A stretch of DNA of 64,000 bases from an uncultured candidate division Zixibacteria bacterium (GCA_963713865.1 OY970208.1:544001-608000); one strand, 5' to 3'. Shown: positions 1 to 10,911, counted from the first letter of the stretch. A program made the numbers and translations. Notes: generated by a model not told the origin, from the letters alone.

Positions 1-15
1 TATGTTACTCAGATT

Positions 16-783
16 TTATTTTCTTCTTCTTATGTAATTAAACGCTCCTAAACCTAAAAGACCGCTCCCCAGAAGGATTATTGTTCCTGGTTCAGGCTGG
101 GCTATTAGATATCTTTCATCCACTCCAGTTATATTAGAAGCATCTGCCATAAAATTATCATAATGAACTTCGACTGCCGGAGCATTTCCTGCGCTACCAT
201 CATTACCTGCTTCCATAAAAACCCTTACAGACGAATTATACCCGTAAGGAAGTACAATACTATTTACTAACTGCCAATCACCAGCGGAATAATAATAAGC
301 GGAAAGTGTAGAACCAAATCTACCCAATCTGAATTTACCATTAAAATCTGATGTGACTGAAACATATCCAGTTTGCCAGCTTCCATCCACCATAAAATCA
401 ACCTGTTCGTAATACTGAAGGTTATTCACATCAAATTTTCGAGACATTAGCATTGCGAAAGTATTATCTTTTGCCCATATCCCTAAAGTAGCGCTACTAA
501 AATAAGTATCAAAATCAATTAAATCAAAATCAACATTTGTAATGAAATCACCTGCAAGATTGAAATTGGAAGATACCTGACCTCTACCCCCTCTTCTACC
601 TTCTGTTGTTTTTAAGTTAAGATAACCATTTTCCACAGATGCATAACCATAGTCATGTGAATAATCATTCCACAGAGCTGGATCAAATGAATCAAAATTA
701 TCATTTAACAGGATCTGGGAATAGGCTGAAGTAGCTAATAAAAGGATGATTGCTAAGCTTAAAACTGTTATTTTCTTTTTCAT
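16..783 (-). CDS. PEP-CTERM sorting domain-containing secreted protein (beta-rich, possibly lectin/ConA-like body)
   Basis: N-terminal signal peptide; C-terminus QPEPGTIILLGSGLLGLGAFNYIRRRK = PEP motif + TM helix + basic tail. Confidence 0.9.
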   Translation of the reverse strand: MKKKITVLSLAIILLLATSAYSQILLNDNFDSFDPALWNDYSHDYGYASVENGYLNLKTTEGRRGGRGQVSSNFNLAGDFITNVDFDLIDFDTYFSSATLGIWAKDNTFAMLMSRKFDVNNLQYYEQVDFMVDGSWQTGYVSVTSDFNGKFRLGRFGSTLSAYYYSAGDWQLVNSIVLPYGYNSSVRVFMEAGNDGSAGNAPAVEVHYDNFMADASNITGVDERYLIAQPEPGTIILLGSGLLGLGAFNYIRRRK

Positions 784-822
784 ATCTCACTCTCCTTATC
801 TAATTTTTCCATAATAAATACC

Positions 823-838
823 AGCAATTAATATGCCA
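823..838 (-). promoter_or_regulatory. sigma54 (-24/-12) promoter of the PEP-CTERM gene
   Basis: Minus strand TGGCATATTAATTGCT matches TGGCAC-N5-TTGCW with correct GG-N10-GC spacing. Confidence 0.8.
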
Positions 839-940
839 AAACCCTGAATTATGTTTAAAGCCATAACTTATTGATATAAAACAAATTAAAAGTACCAATA
901 TCCGCCAAAATTATTTAATCAAAATCTTGAGCTTTAAATA

Positions 941-957
941 TGTTCAATTTGCTGACA
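941..957. promoter_or_regulatory. Putative enhancer (bEBP) binding site TGT-N11-ACA
   Basis: TGTTCAATTTGCTGACA about 105 bp upstream of the sigma54 site; short motif, could be chance. Confidence 0.4.
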
Positions 958-1203
958 GACTCAATTCAACAAAATCGGGATTTTAGGCTTAACTCATTGA
1001 ACATTAGAAGATTAAAGATTCACTTTTTTGAGTTCAGACAAATGACATTTTTAATATTAATCTGACACAGGAAAAAATTACTTCTTTGATTGAAATATAT
1101 TCCATTTTTTGATCATTGTTTATTCACATTTCTAAAAACCTATAAAACCTTAATTCTTTAACATTCAAAGAGATACATCCAAAACTTGTATAGTTATTTA
1201 GTG

Positions 1204-1402
1204 TAGGCATACCTTTTGCTAAAAATTTGAACAGAATTTAGTTAAGATTTTCTTAATGTTGCCGAATTGACTCAAAAGGATAAGCTATGTCCCAGGAAGG
1301 GGCGATAAAAAGCAAAAGAGCTTGTCCACTAAAAATGGACTCAAGCAACTTTAGCAGGAGGCTAAAGACAAACTGCCGGAGAAGAAAAGGGGGGTTTTTC
1401 AA
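1204..1402 (+). repeat. Duplicated promoter+leader element, copy 1 (conserved GGA motifs, hairpins, uORF 1287-1430)
   Basis: Clear similarity to 18266-18465; core aligns gap-free at offset 17060. Confidence 0.9.
1205..1220 (+). promoter_or_regulatory. sigma54 promoter of EPS operon 1
   Basis: AGGCATACCTTTTGCT with GG-N10-GC spacing; homologous site at 18267. Confidence 0.75.
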
Positions 1403-1456
1403 GTCATTTAGAATCCAGGATATTACTTAAACTGTTTTTAATTAAAAAACAATTCT

Positions 1457-2203
1457 ATGATCGATTTACATACACATCTTCTTCCGGGAATAGATGATGG
1501 AGCAAAATCTATGGAGGAAGCAATCCAGATGATAAAAGAAGGAAGGGAAATAGGGATAACTGCAATCTGCACCACACCCCATCTTTCAACCAATTTTAAG
1601 AAAACTAAAACGGAAAAAGTTGTAGAGATTTTCTTAAAACTTCAGGAAAGAATGGCTCAAGAAAAAATTGATATCCAGCTCTATTTGGGAAGCGAGATAG
1701 ATTTGAGGGAGGATCTTAGCTCAATGAAAGACCTCCCTTGCTTTTTCCTGAACCATACTCAGAAATATTTATTCCTGGAACTCCCCTTAGGAGAATTCCC
1801 TTCCTTTACAGAGAGGATACTTTTCTCCTTACTGATAGAAGGTCTATCTCCAATTCTGGCACATCCGGAAAGAAGTTTAAATCAAGAAATTGACTTTGAA
1901 AGATTAGGGAAGCTAAAAGATTCAGGAATTCTAATCCAGCTTAACGCTGGTTCCCTTTTAGGAAGTTTCGGTAAAAAAGTTCAAAGGTCAGCTTTGAAGT
2001 TATTAGAAAAAGATCTGGTGGATCTGTTAGCCAGTGATGCACATGACTCAAATAACCGACCTATAACCATTCTATCAGAAGCTTTTAAAAGGATAAAAAA
2101 TGATTTTGGGGAGGAAAAAGCAAGAGAACTTTTTGAGGAGAATCCCCAAAAAATCCTTCAAGCGGAAGATATTGAAAGAAAAATGAGAATAAAATACTTC
2201 TAA
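1457..2203 (+). CDS. cpsB: PHP-family tyrosine-protein phosphatase (CpsB/CapC/YwqE type)
   Basis: MIDLHTHLLPGIDDG, TPH, AHPER and ASDAH motifs. Confidence 0.92.
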   Translation: MIDLHTHLLPGIDDGAKSMEEAIQMIKEGREIGITAICTTPHLSTNFKKTKTEKVVEIFLKLQERMAQEKIDIQLYLGSEIDLREDLSSMKDLPCFFLNHTQKYLFLELPLGEFPSFTERILFSLLIEGLSPILAHPERSLNQEIDFERLGKLKDSGILIQLNAGSLLGSFGKKVQRSALKLLEKDLVDLLASDAHDSNNRPITILSEAFKRIKNDFGEEKARELFEENPQKILQAEDIERKMRIKYF

Positions 2204-2216
2204 CCAAGGTGGAAAA

Positions 2217-2714
2217 ATGAAAAGAGTAAAAAAGTTAATCAGCCTGGGTTTAGTATTCTACCTATTCTTTTTTCAGGTATCAAGTTTAGTCTGGGCTCAG
2301 GTGGAAGAAAAAGAGGGAACTCTGAGGAATGCCGGCTCAAACTATTTTCTTGCTCCCGGAACTAATAACCAGCTTTTAATTAAAGTGAATGTCTGGGGTG
2401 AGGTATTTAAGCCAGGGATTGTGGAGGTGCCGGATAATACTGATCTGCTCTCTCTGCTTTCCATAGCAGGAGGACCGACTGAAAATGCCCGGCTCAGCAA
2501 AGTTAAAATCCTGAGACATTTTTCCCAGAACAAAACCATCACCGTGAATGTCAAAGATTTTGTTCGAGATGGCAAAGCTGAAGAGATACCTTTAATCAAA
2601 CCGGGGGACACAGTTATAGTTCCTCGAAACAGCTTCCATACGGTTACAAAATATATAACCTTTGTCTATAATTTAGCAGTGATAGCCAGCGTGATTAAAC
2701 TTTTTACTCAATAA
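2217..2714 (+). CDS. SLBB-domain polysaccharide export protein (Wza-like)
   Basis: Signal peptide; VNVWGEVFKPG...LSIAGGPT...PGDTVIVP SLBB signature; adjacent to wzc. Confidence 0.8.
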   Translation: MKRVKKLISLGLVFYLFFFQVSSLVWAQVEEKEGTLRNAGSNYFLAPGTNNQLLIKVNVWGEVFKPGIVEVPDNTDLLSLLSIAGGPTENARLSKVKILRHFSQNKTITVNVKDFVRDGKAEEIPLIKPGDTVIVPRNSFHTVTKYITFVYNLAVIASVIKLFTQ

Positions 2715-2728
2715 TAAGGAGTAGTAAA

Positions 2729-4997
2729 TTGGAAGAGCAGAATAGAATAGCCCAGGTTCAAAAAGAGATCTCCTTTCAGGACTACCTGATAATCCTGAAG
2801 AGGAGAGGGTGGATCATAATCAGTTCTTTTTTAATAATCCTTCTCTCCGCTGGAATCTTTTCTTTTATCGCTCAGCCGATCTACGAGTCTTTTACTACCT
2901 TGATGATCGAGGAAGATGGAGGGATGAAGAAAGATATTTTTGAGATCTCCTCTTACTTAAAGCAGGAGACGATGATCAAAAACCAGGTGGAGATACTTAA
3001 AAGTCGAACTCTGACTGAATCGGTTCTACAGGTCCTTTTATCCTCCCCTTATAAAAGAGTCTGGGAAGAAAAAGCTCTGGGGAAAAGAGCCGATAGGGTC
3101 AAAACTAACGATATGGTCTTGATCCTGCAGAACAATATCAAGGTGGTACCTTTAAAGGAGACTGATATAATTCAGGTTAAAGCAACCGCTCCGGATCCTG
3201 ATCTGGCTGCATTTTTAGTCAACACCATTGCAGAAGAATACTATAAACAAAGCCTCCAGGTCAGCCGGGGAGAGATCACCGAGGTACGCCAGTTCTTAGA
3301 GGAACAGCTTTTGAGCATTCAAAAAGAGTTGCAGCAAGCTGAAGAGGCTCTAAGAACATATAAAGAGCAAGAAAAGGTTGCCGCCCTACCTGAAGAAACC
3401 GAAGAGCTGGTAAAACAGTTAGCCGGTTTTGAGTCCATGTATAATGAAGCAAAAACCGATCTGGAAGCCAATCAGAAAAGACTTACCTATATGCAAAACC
3501 AGCTTTCGGAGAGAAAAAGTCATTTAGTGGAAGATGTATCTCAGGTCTCCAGTCCTTTGATAACTCAATTACGGCAGGAGATGGCAAATTTAGAAGGGAT
3601 GAGAGCGGGATTTTTAGCCCAGGGTTTCCCGGAAGACCATCCCAAGATGGTAGAAACAGTCAATCGCATAGAGGATATAAAGCAGAAACTCATAAAGGAA
3701 ACCACCCAGTTAATTTCTAAAGAGCTTTCTTCTTCGGACCCTTTAGCCTATTCCCGGGAGTTAGTGGAGAAGATTTTAACCCTGGATATAGAGATTCAAT
3801 CTTTAACTGCTAAATCAGAGGCATTAAAGAGAATTGTGGATACCTACTCAGATAATCTCAACACCCTGCCGGAAAAAAGCCTTAAATTAGTTCGCCTGGA
3901 GAGAAATGCCAAGGTGGGAGAAAATATCTTCTTAATGTTAAAGGAAAAATATGAGGAATCACGCATAAGTGAGGCTGGACAGATCGGAAGTGTGAGGATC
4001 ATAGATAAAGCCTTACCTCCGGAGAGCCCCATAAAACCTAAAAAGAAAATAAACATTCTTTTAGGTGCGCTCCTGGGTCTGGGATTAGGATTGGGAATGG
4101 CATTTTTTGTGGAGAGGCTGGATAATTCCCTAAAGAGTATAGAGGATGTGGAAAGAGCTGGCCTTTCGATCTTAGGCTCGATACCTCTGATAAAAAGCAG
4201 TAAAGATAAAAAATCAAAGAAAAAAGAAGAGAAGTCTGAAGACTATCAAATAAAAAGAATTGCCTCAAATTTAGTAACTCATTTCGAGCCAAAGTCACCT
4301 ATCTCTGAGGCATATCGTACCTTCAGGACTAATCTGCAATTTGCCAGAACTTGATTCACCCTTGAGGACTATTCTGGTAACCAGTTCAGGGCCAGGCGAG
4401 GGTAAATCTACCACTGTAGCTAATTTGGCAATTACCATGGCTCAGATGGGAACCAAAACTCTTTTAATCGATTCAGACTTAAGGCGTCCGGTCTTACACT
4501 CTATCTTTAGTCTCCAGAGAAATCCGGGGTTGACCAACTATCTGGCAGGAAACGTTCCCTTAGTAGAAATTATCCAAGCAACTCCTATAGAAAACTTAAG
4601 TGTCTTAACCTGTGGAGTCCTGCCTCCTAACCCTTCTGAGCTTTTAGGCTCAAAGAAAATGAAGACCCTTTTAGAAGAGCTGAAAGGAAAATATGAGATG
4701 ATCCTGTTTGATTCTCCACCGGTAATAGCAGTAACTGATGCCGCAGTGTTATCGACCTTATTGGATGGAGTGGTTTTAATAGCATCATCCGGACATACTT
4801 CCAGAGAGGCATTAGTAAGAGCGACTACTTTGTTGCAGAATGTCAATAGCAGGTTAATAGGCGGAGTCCTAAATAAGATCAAAGTGGAAAACATTTACGG
4901 TTCATATCACTATTACTACTATTACCACTACTATGGAGGAACTAAACAGAAGAGGAAAAAAAGAACGGCAGAAGAGGTAAAGGTTAATGTCTCATAG
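2729..4997 (+). CDS. wzc: Polysaccharide chain-length regulator / BY tyrosine kinase Wzc, with +1 frameshift at ~4348
   Basis: Two TM segments with coiled-coil periplasm, EAYRTFRTNLQF, Walker A GPGEGKST, DSDLRRP, C-terminal Tyr cluster YHYYYYYHYY; deleting one A at 4348-4349 joins ORFs 2729-4354 and 4341-4997. Confidence 0.9.
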
Positions 4998-6429
4998 CAA
5001 AGCCTTTGTCATTTTTAAAAACTCAGGTACCTTGGGGATTTCCACATTTGTAGGAAAGATTTTTTACTTATTATTATTCATTATAATCGGAAGGTATTTA
5101 GGACCTTCGGATTTAGGGAAGTTCAGTTTTGCTATGTCCTTCGCTGCCATATTCTTTTTGGTAAATGATTTAGGGATAAGAATCCTGGCAGTAAGAGATG
5201 TTTCCCAAGATAAAAACTTGACTGGAAAATATCTAGGGAATTTAGTATTACTAAAGCTCTTCTTGGCTGCCTTTGCCTTCTTAGGGGTATTTGCTATGAT
5301 TAACCTTATGGGATATCCCAAGGAAACGGTTATCATTGTTACCCTTATAGGCTTAGCTTCTCTCTTGATTCACTTTTCTACGAGCTTTAGATGGATTTTT
5401 CAGGCTTATCAGAGGCTGGAGTATGAGTCACTAATTGGTGTTATTGAGAACTTGGGTAACTTAATTCTAGGATGTTTGGCAATGATACTCAACTTACGAA
5501 TTGTTGGCATCGGCTATGGCATGATTATTGTGGGAGCTTTTATTGTTATTATCTCCTGGTTTGTAGTGAACAGAAAATTCCACAGAGTAAAAATCGAAAT
5601 AGATTTACCATTCTGGAAAGATTTGTTGAGTAAGTCCATCCCTTTTGCTTTGATGCTGGTCTTCGCCACTTTATATCTTAATGCAGACACAGTTCTGCTC
5701 TCCTTATTCAAAGGTGACCATGCAGTGGGGCTTTACAATGCGGCTAATCGGTTAGCCCTAGCTTTAAGAATGTTTCCTGCAGTATTTATCTCCGCTTTTT
5801 TCCCGATAGCCTCTGAGCTCTCTAAAGTCTCTAAAGTTGAGCTTAGTAGCTTTTTAGAAAAATCCTTAGCTTTGATGGTTTCCTTAGCTTTACCCTTGTG
5901 CGTTGGCACAACTTTTCTTGCAGAAAAAATTATTACTTTCTTTTATGGTCAAAAATTTAGTGGTTCGGCATTAGTTCTACAGATAACTATTTGGGGCACC
6001 TTCTGCATGTTTTTAAGTGTCGTTTTGGGATACACTTTGATATCTCTGGGAAAACAAAAAATATATACTCTGATAACTGGTTTGGGTTTAGGAGTTAACC
6101 TAGTGATTAATTTCAGCTTGATCCCTAGATTTGCTCAGTCTGGAAGTGCCATAGCCATTCTATGTACTGAGCTTTTTATCCTAGTGGCAGTATTTTACTC
6201 AATTGTAAAATTACTTGATTTCAAGATGAAAGGATTTCTGCCCTCGGTCATGAAAATAAGTGCCGCCTGTTTGGTTATGCTGGGAGTGATATACTTAACT
6301 AAAGATTTTCATCTCCTGTTGTCTGTTGGATTAGGAACAATAAGCTATTTCACCGCTCTTTTCGCATTCAAAGGGATATATGGATATAATCTATATAGAA
6401 TTAAAGAACTAATTTTAGTGCGACTTTAA
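4987..6429 (+). CDS. wzx: Wzx-type flippase
   Basis: Many TM helices; RYLGPSDLGKFSFA and DTVLLSLFKGDHAVGLYNAA motifs of polysaccharide flippases. Confidence 0.88.
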   Translation: MSHSKAFVIFKNSGTLGISTFVGKIFYLLLFIIIGRYLGPSDLGKFSFAMSFAAIFFLVNDLGIRILAVRDVSQDKNLTGKYLGNLVLLKLFLAAFAFLGVFAMINLMGYPKETVIIVTLIGLASLLIHFSTSFRWIFQAYQRLEYESLIGVIENLGNLILGCLAMILNLRIVGIGYGMIIVGAFIVIISWFVVNRKFHRVKIEIDLPFWKDLLSKSIPFALMLVFATLYLNADTVLLSLFKGDHAVGLYNAANRLALALRMFPAVFISAFFPIASELSKVSKVELSSFLEKSLALMVSLALPLCVGTTFLAEKIITFFYGQKFSGSALVLQITIWGTFCMFLSVVLGYTLISLGKQKIYTLITGLGLGVNLVINFSLIPRFAQSGSAIAILCTELFILVAVFYSIVKLLDFKMKGFLPSVMKISAACLVMLGVIYLTKDFHLLLSVGLGTISYFTALFAFKGIYGYNLYRIKELILVRL

Positions 6430-6443
6430 AAGGAATTTATAGG

Positions 6444-7817
6444 ATGATAACTGACTTTCTGTTAATAACAGTGATTTCTTTGTTTGTCTTTCTTTGGGTA
6501 GGTAAGAGCTTTAAAAGAGTAGTTCTCTTTCTGGCATTTTTTATGCCTTTTGAGGAGTTCATCCTGAAATTTATTCCAGTCTCAGATGAGCTATATTCTC
6601 TTTTGAGATATGGAAGTGAGGTTTTATTACTTATAACCCTTGTAGCTTTGATTATTAATAAAATAATCCAGAAAAAGCCATTTGTTAAAACTGTAGCGGA
6701 TATTCCGGTTTTGACATTTGCAGGAATTGCCTTCCTATCCGGAATCTTGAATCAAACCCCTCTATTAGAAATTGTGCTATTTTTAAGAATAGTACTACGA
6801 TACTATGCTTTGTATTTCCTTTTGGTAAATATTGAGCTGGATGAAAAATTTACCAAAAAACTTATATATGGACTCGTGACCATAGCTTCTCTTCAATTCT
6901 TTATAGGATTAGCCCAGGTTTTAATTGGTGGGGCTGTGAATGACCTACTCATGCCCAAACCTTCAACTCTTATAGTTGGGAGTTACTCTAAAGAGTGGGT
7001 ACTTCTTCAGGGTTTCAGGGAAAAGGGATATTTATTCTTTGGCACTTTTGGTGATACGGTAAATCTTGGTCTTTTTATCTTTGTAATTTTTGTGATGATG
7101 TTGGGGGTTTATTTTATCTGGGAAAAACCTATAAAGAGGATGTGGTTATTCTTCCTTTTATCCTTTTTTACCCTTCTTTACACCTATTCTGTCGGTTTAA
7201 TATTTTCCTTATTCGTAAGTTTATTATTTATCACTATAATAAAAAGAAAGTGGACTCTAATGGTAAGCACTTCCCTAATTGTTCTATTATTCTTTCTAAT
7301 ATTGACTTTCTATCCAGCCGAATTTGCAGAGGTAGCTACATCACATTATATGGTTTCACCCTTAAAAAATCTCTCCGCAACCTTTTCAACTACGTTCCTT
7401 GAAAGTATTCAAAAGAATAGAATTTTCACACTTATAGAAGTTCCAAAAGTGATCTTATTTCAATCACCTCTGTTTGGTTTTGGACCGGGCTGGCGCCTAA
7501 TTAAAGATAGAATCTCAAGTTATTGGTTAGGAGATGTATATTGGGCTCAAATGGTTGCCCAGGTGGGTCTAATGGGACTTTTTGCCTTTTTATGGATAAT
7601 TTTAAGATTTTATAAAACCAGTTTCAAGGTTTATAAAAATTCAAATGATTTGCTAAAGAAAGGAATTGCCCTTGGATTTTTAGGAGTAATAGCTGGATTC
7701 TTTTTTTATAACTTCATTTGTGGAACTTTCGAGACTCGACCCTCAGCTCTTTGTTTCTGGTTGTTTGCCGGGCTAATTGGAAACTGGTCAAAATCTATTC
7801 CGGGAAATGAAATATGA
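6444..7817 (+). CDS. Wzy polymerase / O-antigen ligase family membrane protein
   Basis: Multi-TM; GTFGDTVNLG, PLFGFGPG and QVGLMGL motifs; position in the cluster. Confidence 0.75.
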   Translation: MITDFLLITVISLFVFLWVGKSFKRVVLFLAFFMPFEEFILKFIPVSDELYSLLRYGSEVLLLITLVALIINKIIQKKPFVKTVADIPVLTFAGIAFLSGILNQTPLLEIVLFLRIVLRYYALYFLLVNIELDEKFTKKLIYGLVTIASLQFFIGLAQVLIGGAVNDLLMPKPSTLIVGSYSKEWVLLQGFREKGYLFFGTFGDTVNLGLFIFVIFVMMLGVYFIWEKPIKRMWLFFLLSFFTLLYTYSVGLIFSLFVSLLFITIIKRKWTLMVSTSLIVLLFFLILTFYPAEFAEVATSHYMVSPLKNLSATFSTTFLESIQKNRIFTLIEVPKVILFQSPLFGFGPGWRLIKDRISSYWLGDVYWAQMVAQVGLMGLFAFLWIILRFYKTSFKVYKNSNDLLKKGIALGFLGVIAGFFFYNFICGTFETRPSALCFWLFAGLIGNWSKSIPGNEI

Positions 7818-8890
7818 AAAAGATATTAATGGTAGTTGGTTGCAAAGTTCAGAGTTTAAAAGAGGATGACAAAAGTAAGCATCCGGCTGACATTTTGTTG
7901 CCAAACCAGAGATACTGGTTTTTCAAATACTGGTCCGGAGACAATTTGAAGATAGAGGTTATAGGTTATAAAAGAATCCCTTTTTTGAGCAAAATCGAGA
8001 AAAAGATTTTACATTTTCATCTTTTTCAATCCTTAAGGATTTTGCCAAAGATGAAAAAATATGACCTTGTGATTTTCTTTCATTCGCAGATAGGGATAAT
8101 CCCGGCTTTATTTAAGAGCATCTTTAAAATAAAGACTCCTCTGGTGTTGATAGATGTGGAGGGTTTAGGCAGAAAAAACAAGGGGTATATGTTGCCCTTT
8201 ATTAGAAAAGCCCTACGGGGAATAGACCAGCTTTTCTATTTAGCTTCAATTCAAAAAGAAGACTATCAGAGATATTTGCCTGAAATCATCAACAAAAGCG
8301 ATTTTCTCCCTCTGGGAATAGACCTGACCAGATTTTCATCTAACAGAGCAAAAGAAGATGATTATATCGTCTCCATAGGATATCAAGGTCCTGATTTCAG
8401 AGACTGGAAAACCTTGATAAAAGCTTATGGACAGTTGAAGACCAAGACAAAGCTCTTAATTGTAGGAAGAGAGAAGTTTAAACCAGAGGAAGTTGATTAT
8501 GAGAAAATCCCTTTAGGGGTAGAATTTGTTGGGAAAACAGACCTTTTGACTTTGAATGAAATCACTTCAAAAGCCAAATTCGTGGTATTGCCACTTCCTG
8601 AGAGGAGACATGCTTTTGGGCAGATGACACTTTTAGGATGTATGGCAATGGGGAAAGCGGTGATTGTAAGCCGGGTGCCAGGGATTATTGATTATGTCAA
8701 AGCTAATGAAAATGTTTTGTTAGTGGAACCAAGCAACATTTTAGATTTGAAGAGCAAAATGGAATACTTGTTAGCTGAACCTGAAAAGAAGAAGGTCCTT
8801 GAGACAAAAGCCAGAGAAACGATTGAAAAAGAGTTTAACGAGATTAAAATGGCGAAAGGGATTTATGAAGCAGTTTCTAAAATTATTTGA
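7814..8890 (+). CDS. Glycosyltransferase family 4
   Basis: GT-B C-terminal domain GQMTLLGCMAMGKAVIVS. Confidence 0.85.
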   Translation: MKKILMVVGCKVQSLKEDDKSKHPADILLPNQRYWFFKYWSGDNLKIEVIGYKRIPFLSKIEKKILHFHLFQSLRILPKMKKYDLVIFFHSQIGIIPALFKSIFKIKTPLVLIDVEGLGRKNKGYMLPFIRKALRGIDQLFYLASIQKEDYQRYLPEIINKSDFLPLGIDLTRFSSNRAKEDDYIVSIGYQGPDFRDWKTLIKAYGQLKTKTKLLIVGREKFKPEEVDYEKIPLGVEFVGKTDLLTLNEITSKAKFVVLPLPERRHAFGQMTLLGCMAMGKAVIVSRVPGIIDYVKANENVLLVEPSNILDLKSKMEYLLAEPEKKKVLETKARETIEKEFNEIKMAKGIYEAVSKII

Positions 8891-8902
8891 AGATATTAGA
8901 GA

Positions 8903-9673
8903 ATGCAAAAAAAACAAGGGGTAGGAATGGATCAAGAGTTCTTAAAACAATTAGATGAAATTCAATTATCCAGATGTCTTCCTTTTTTGAGAAAATACTA
9001 TCAAAAATTGAGAGGACAATTCAAAGATTTCCAGGAGTTGGTGAGTTATAATCTCCATCCCGAACTCAAAGTTTTAGATGCTGGCTGTGGAGATGGTCAA
9101 TGGGGTGATATTTCTCAACTAATCCACTCTCATCCATTTGTGGTGGGCATAGATGAAAGTGAAGAATCTTTGAAGAAGAATACCACTATAAAGCGATTGT
9201 TTAAAGGGGATCTACATCAGCTTCCTTTTGGTCCTTCTGAGTTTGATCTGGTGATCTGTCGTTCAGTCTTTGAGCATTTAGAAAATCCTCAAAAGGTTAT
9301 TGCGGAATTCAAGAGAGTACTAAGTGACCACGGTCGGGTGATCATCTCTACTCAGAACCGATATAATCCCATAATGTTTTTAAGTTCGATATTGCCGGCC
9401 TGGTTAAGAAAAATTTTAAAACTGTTTATTATTAGTCAGGGTTGTGATGAGGGGACTTATAAGACTTTTTACCGCTGCAATACCAAATCAAAATTTCACC
9501 AACTTTTCCACGGAAACGGTTTTAAAGAAATTAAGTTTGTAAGACTTGGACAATGTCCGGACTACTGGAAGAATTCAGCGTTTCTTAATTTCTTTTTAAT
9601 TTTTGAAAAGCTGACTGATTGGAAAAGGCTCAATTTTTTGAAAGCACATATAGTAGCGGTGTACGAAAAATAA
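8903..9673 (+). CDS. Class I SAM-dependent methyltransferase
   Basis: VLDAGCGDG motif I; FDLVICRSVFEHL. Confidence 0.88.
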   Translation: MQKKQGVGMDQEFLKQLDEIQLSRCLPFLRKYYQKLRGQFKDFQELVSYNLHPELKVLDAGCGDGQWGDISQLIHSHPFVVGIDESEESLKKNTTIKRLFKGDLHQLPFGPSEFDLVICRSVFEHLENPQKVIAEFKRVLSDHGRVIISTQNRYNPIMFLSSILPAWLRKILKLFIISQGCDEGTYKTFYRCNTKSKFHQLFHGNGFKEIKFVRLGQCPDYWKNSAFLNFFLIFEKLTDWKRLNFLKAHIVAVYEK

Positions 9674-9688
9674 AAGGAATTAGAAGGA

Positions 9689-10911
9689 ATGCAAACAGGT
9701 ACAAGTTGTGAAAAAGGGTGTTTTAAAAATGTTTTGCTGCTCGGGTTCGGATTTTATCTCCATAGAAATAGTGGGGATAAGAATTTCTGGCTGGGACTTT
9801 CCAGGGAGTTGTCTTTTATGCTGGATAAAATAGTTATAGTTTCAGCTAATTCCTCGCCAACTAAATTTGAGCAGGAAGGGAATATTTACCAGTATAATTT
9901 TCAGTCCTCATTTCACCGAAAGAAAGCTGGTGGAAAGGATGAAAGATTTCAATTCTTGAAGAATTCTCCTCCTTGGAGGGCTGTACAAAGATCTGCTACT
10001 TTGCTAAAGTTAATTCCTTTCTTGAAAAAGTTAGTTAAACATCACAATATCCAGGTAATTCATCTGATGGACAATTTTGGATTTTTGACCGGATTGGTTA
10101 AACTGTTTTTTCCTAAACTGAAAGTCTATGCCACTGCTATCACATATAATATCCATAGTTTCCCTGCTAAGCCTTATTCTTTTTATCAAAAGATAGTTTT
10201 TGGAAATCTGGATAAGGTGGTGGTCAGTTCAAACGCTTATAAGCAGAAATTAATCGAGCATAACTTTTCAAGAGAAAAGCTTAAAGTCATCCGGTGGGGA
10301 ATTCCTGTTTCAAATGGAGAAGAGAGGATGCCAGAGAATGGAAAAGCTTATCGTTCTAAAAAAGTGATCTTATGGACAGGCTTTACCCAACAGGTAAAGG
10401 AAAAAAGTTTTTATCTCTCCTTATCCCTGGCAAAAAATATACTAAAGAAAAACCCATTTGTTGATTTCATTTTCGCCTTTAAGCCGGAATGTTTTGACAA
10501 AAAGTATGAATATTTCAGGGGTGAGCATATCCAGGTTTTAACTACAAAACCTGAAGATTTCAAAAATCTTTTACCGAAGGTTGACCTTCTACTTGCCCCG
10601 ATTGATAACTATAGCTCAACTGTAGCTCCTCCTCTGACCTGGATAGAGTGCATGAGCTTGGGAATACCAGTTATAAGCACACCGGTACCGGAGTAGATGA
10701 GATTCTTATCCACAACCAGACCGGTTTTGTGGCTAAATCTAAACAGGAGTTAGAGGAGCTAATAGAAAGGGTCTTAGAAGAAAGAGATTTGCTGACAAAA
10801 GTATCAACCAGAGCAAAAGAATGGGTCAGAGAAAATTATAATTTGAAAGATATCGCTGGGGATTACCTGAAATTATGGAGGGAAGATGGTAGAGCTATCT
10901 TATCCAGCTAA
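9689..10911 (+). CDS. Glycosyltransferase family 4, with -1 frameshift at ~10691
   Basis: ECMSLGIPVISTPVP continues as GVDEILIHNQTGF in the next frame; adding one G at 10690-10691 restores the typical GT4 C-terminus. Confidence 0.8.

Noticed and set aside
1270-1400. c-di-GMP-I (GEMM) riboswitch in the duplicated leader
   Set aside because: Only vague similarity (GGAC.CAAGC, CTGCCG); the GGCAAA, GNRA tetraloop and receptor elements are not recognisable
4348-4354. Programmed ribosomal frameshifting or phase variation at the frameshift sites
   Set aside because: No slippery heptamers or long homopolymer/SSR tracts at any of the five sites
2729-4997. Naturally split Firmicutes-type BY-kinase (CapA/CapB)
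   Set aside because: The break falls after EAYRTFRTNLQF, inside the kinase domain, with no RBS for the second part; a one-base fix restores a full Wzc
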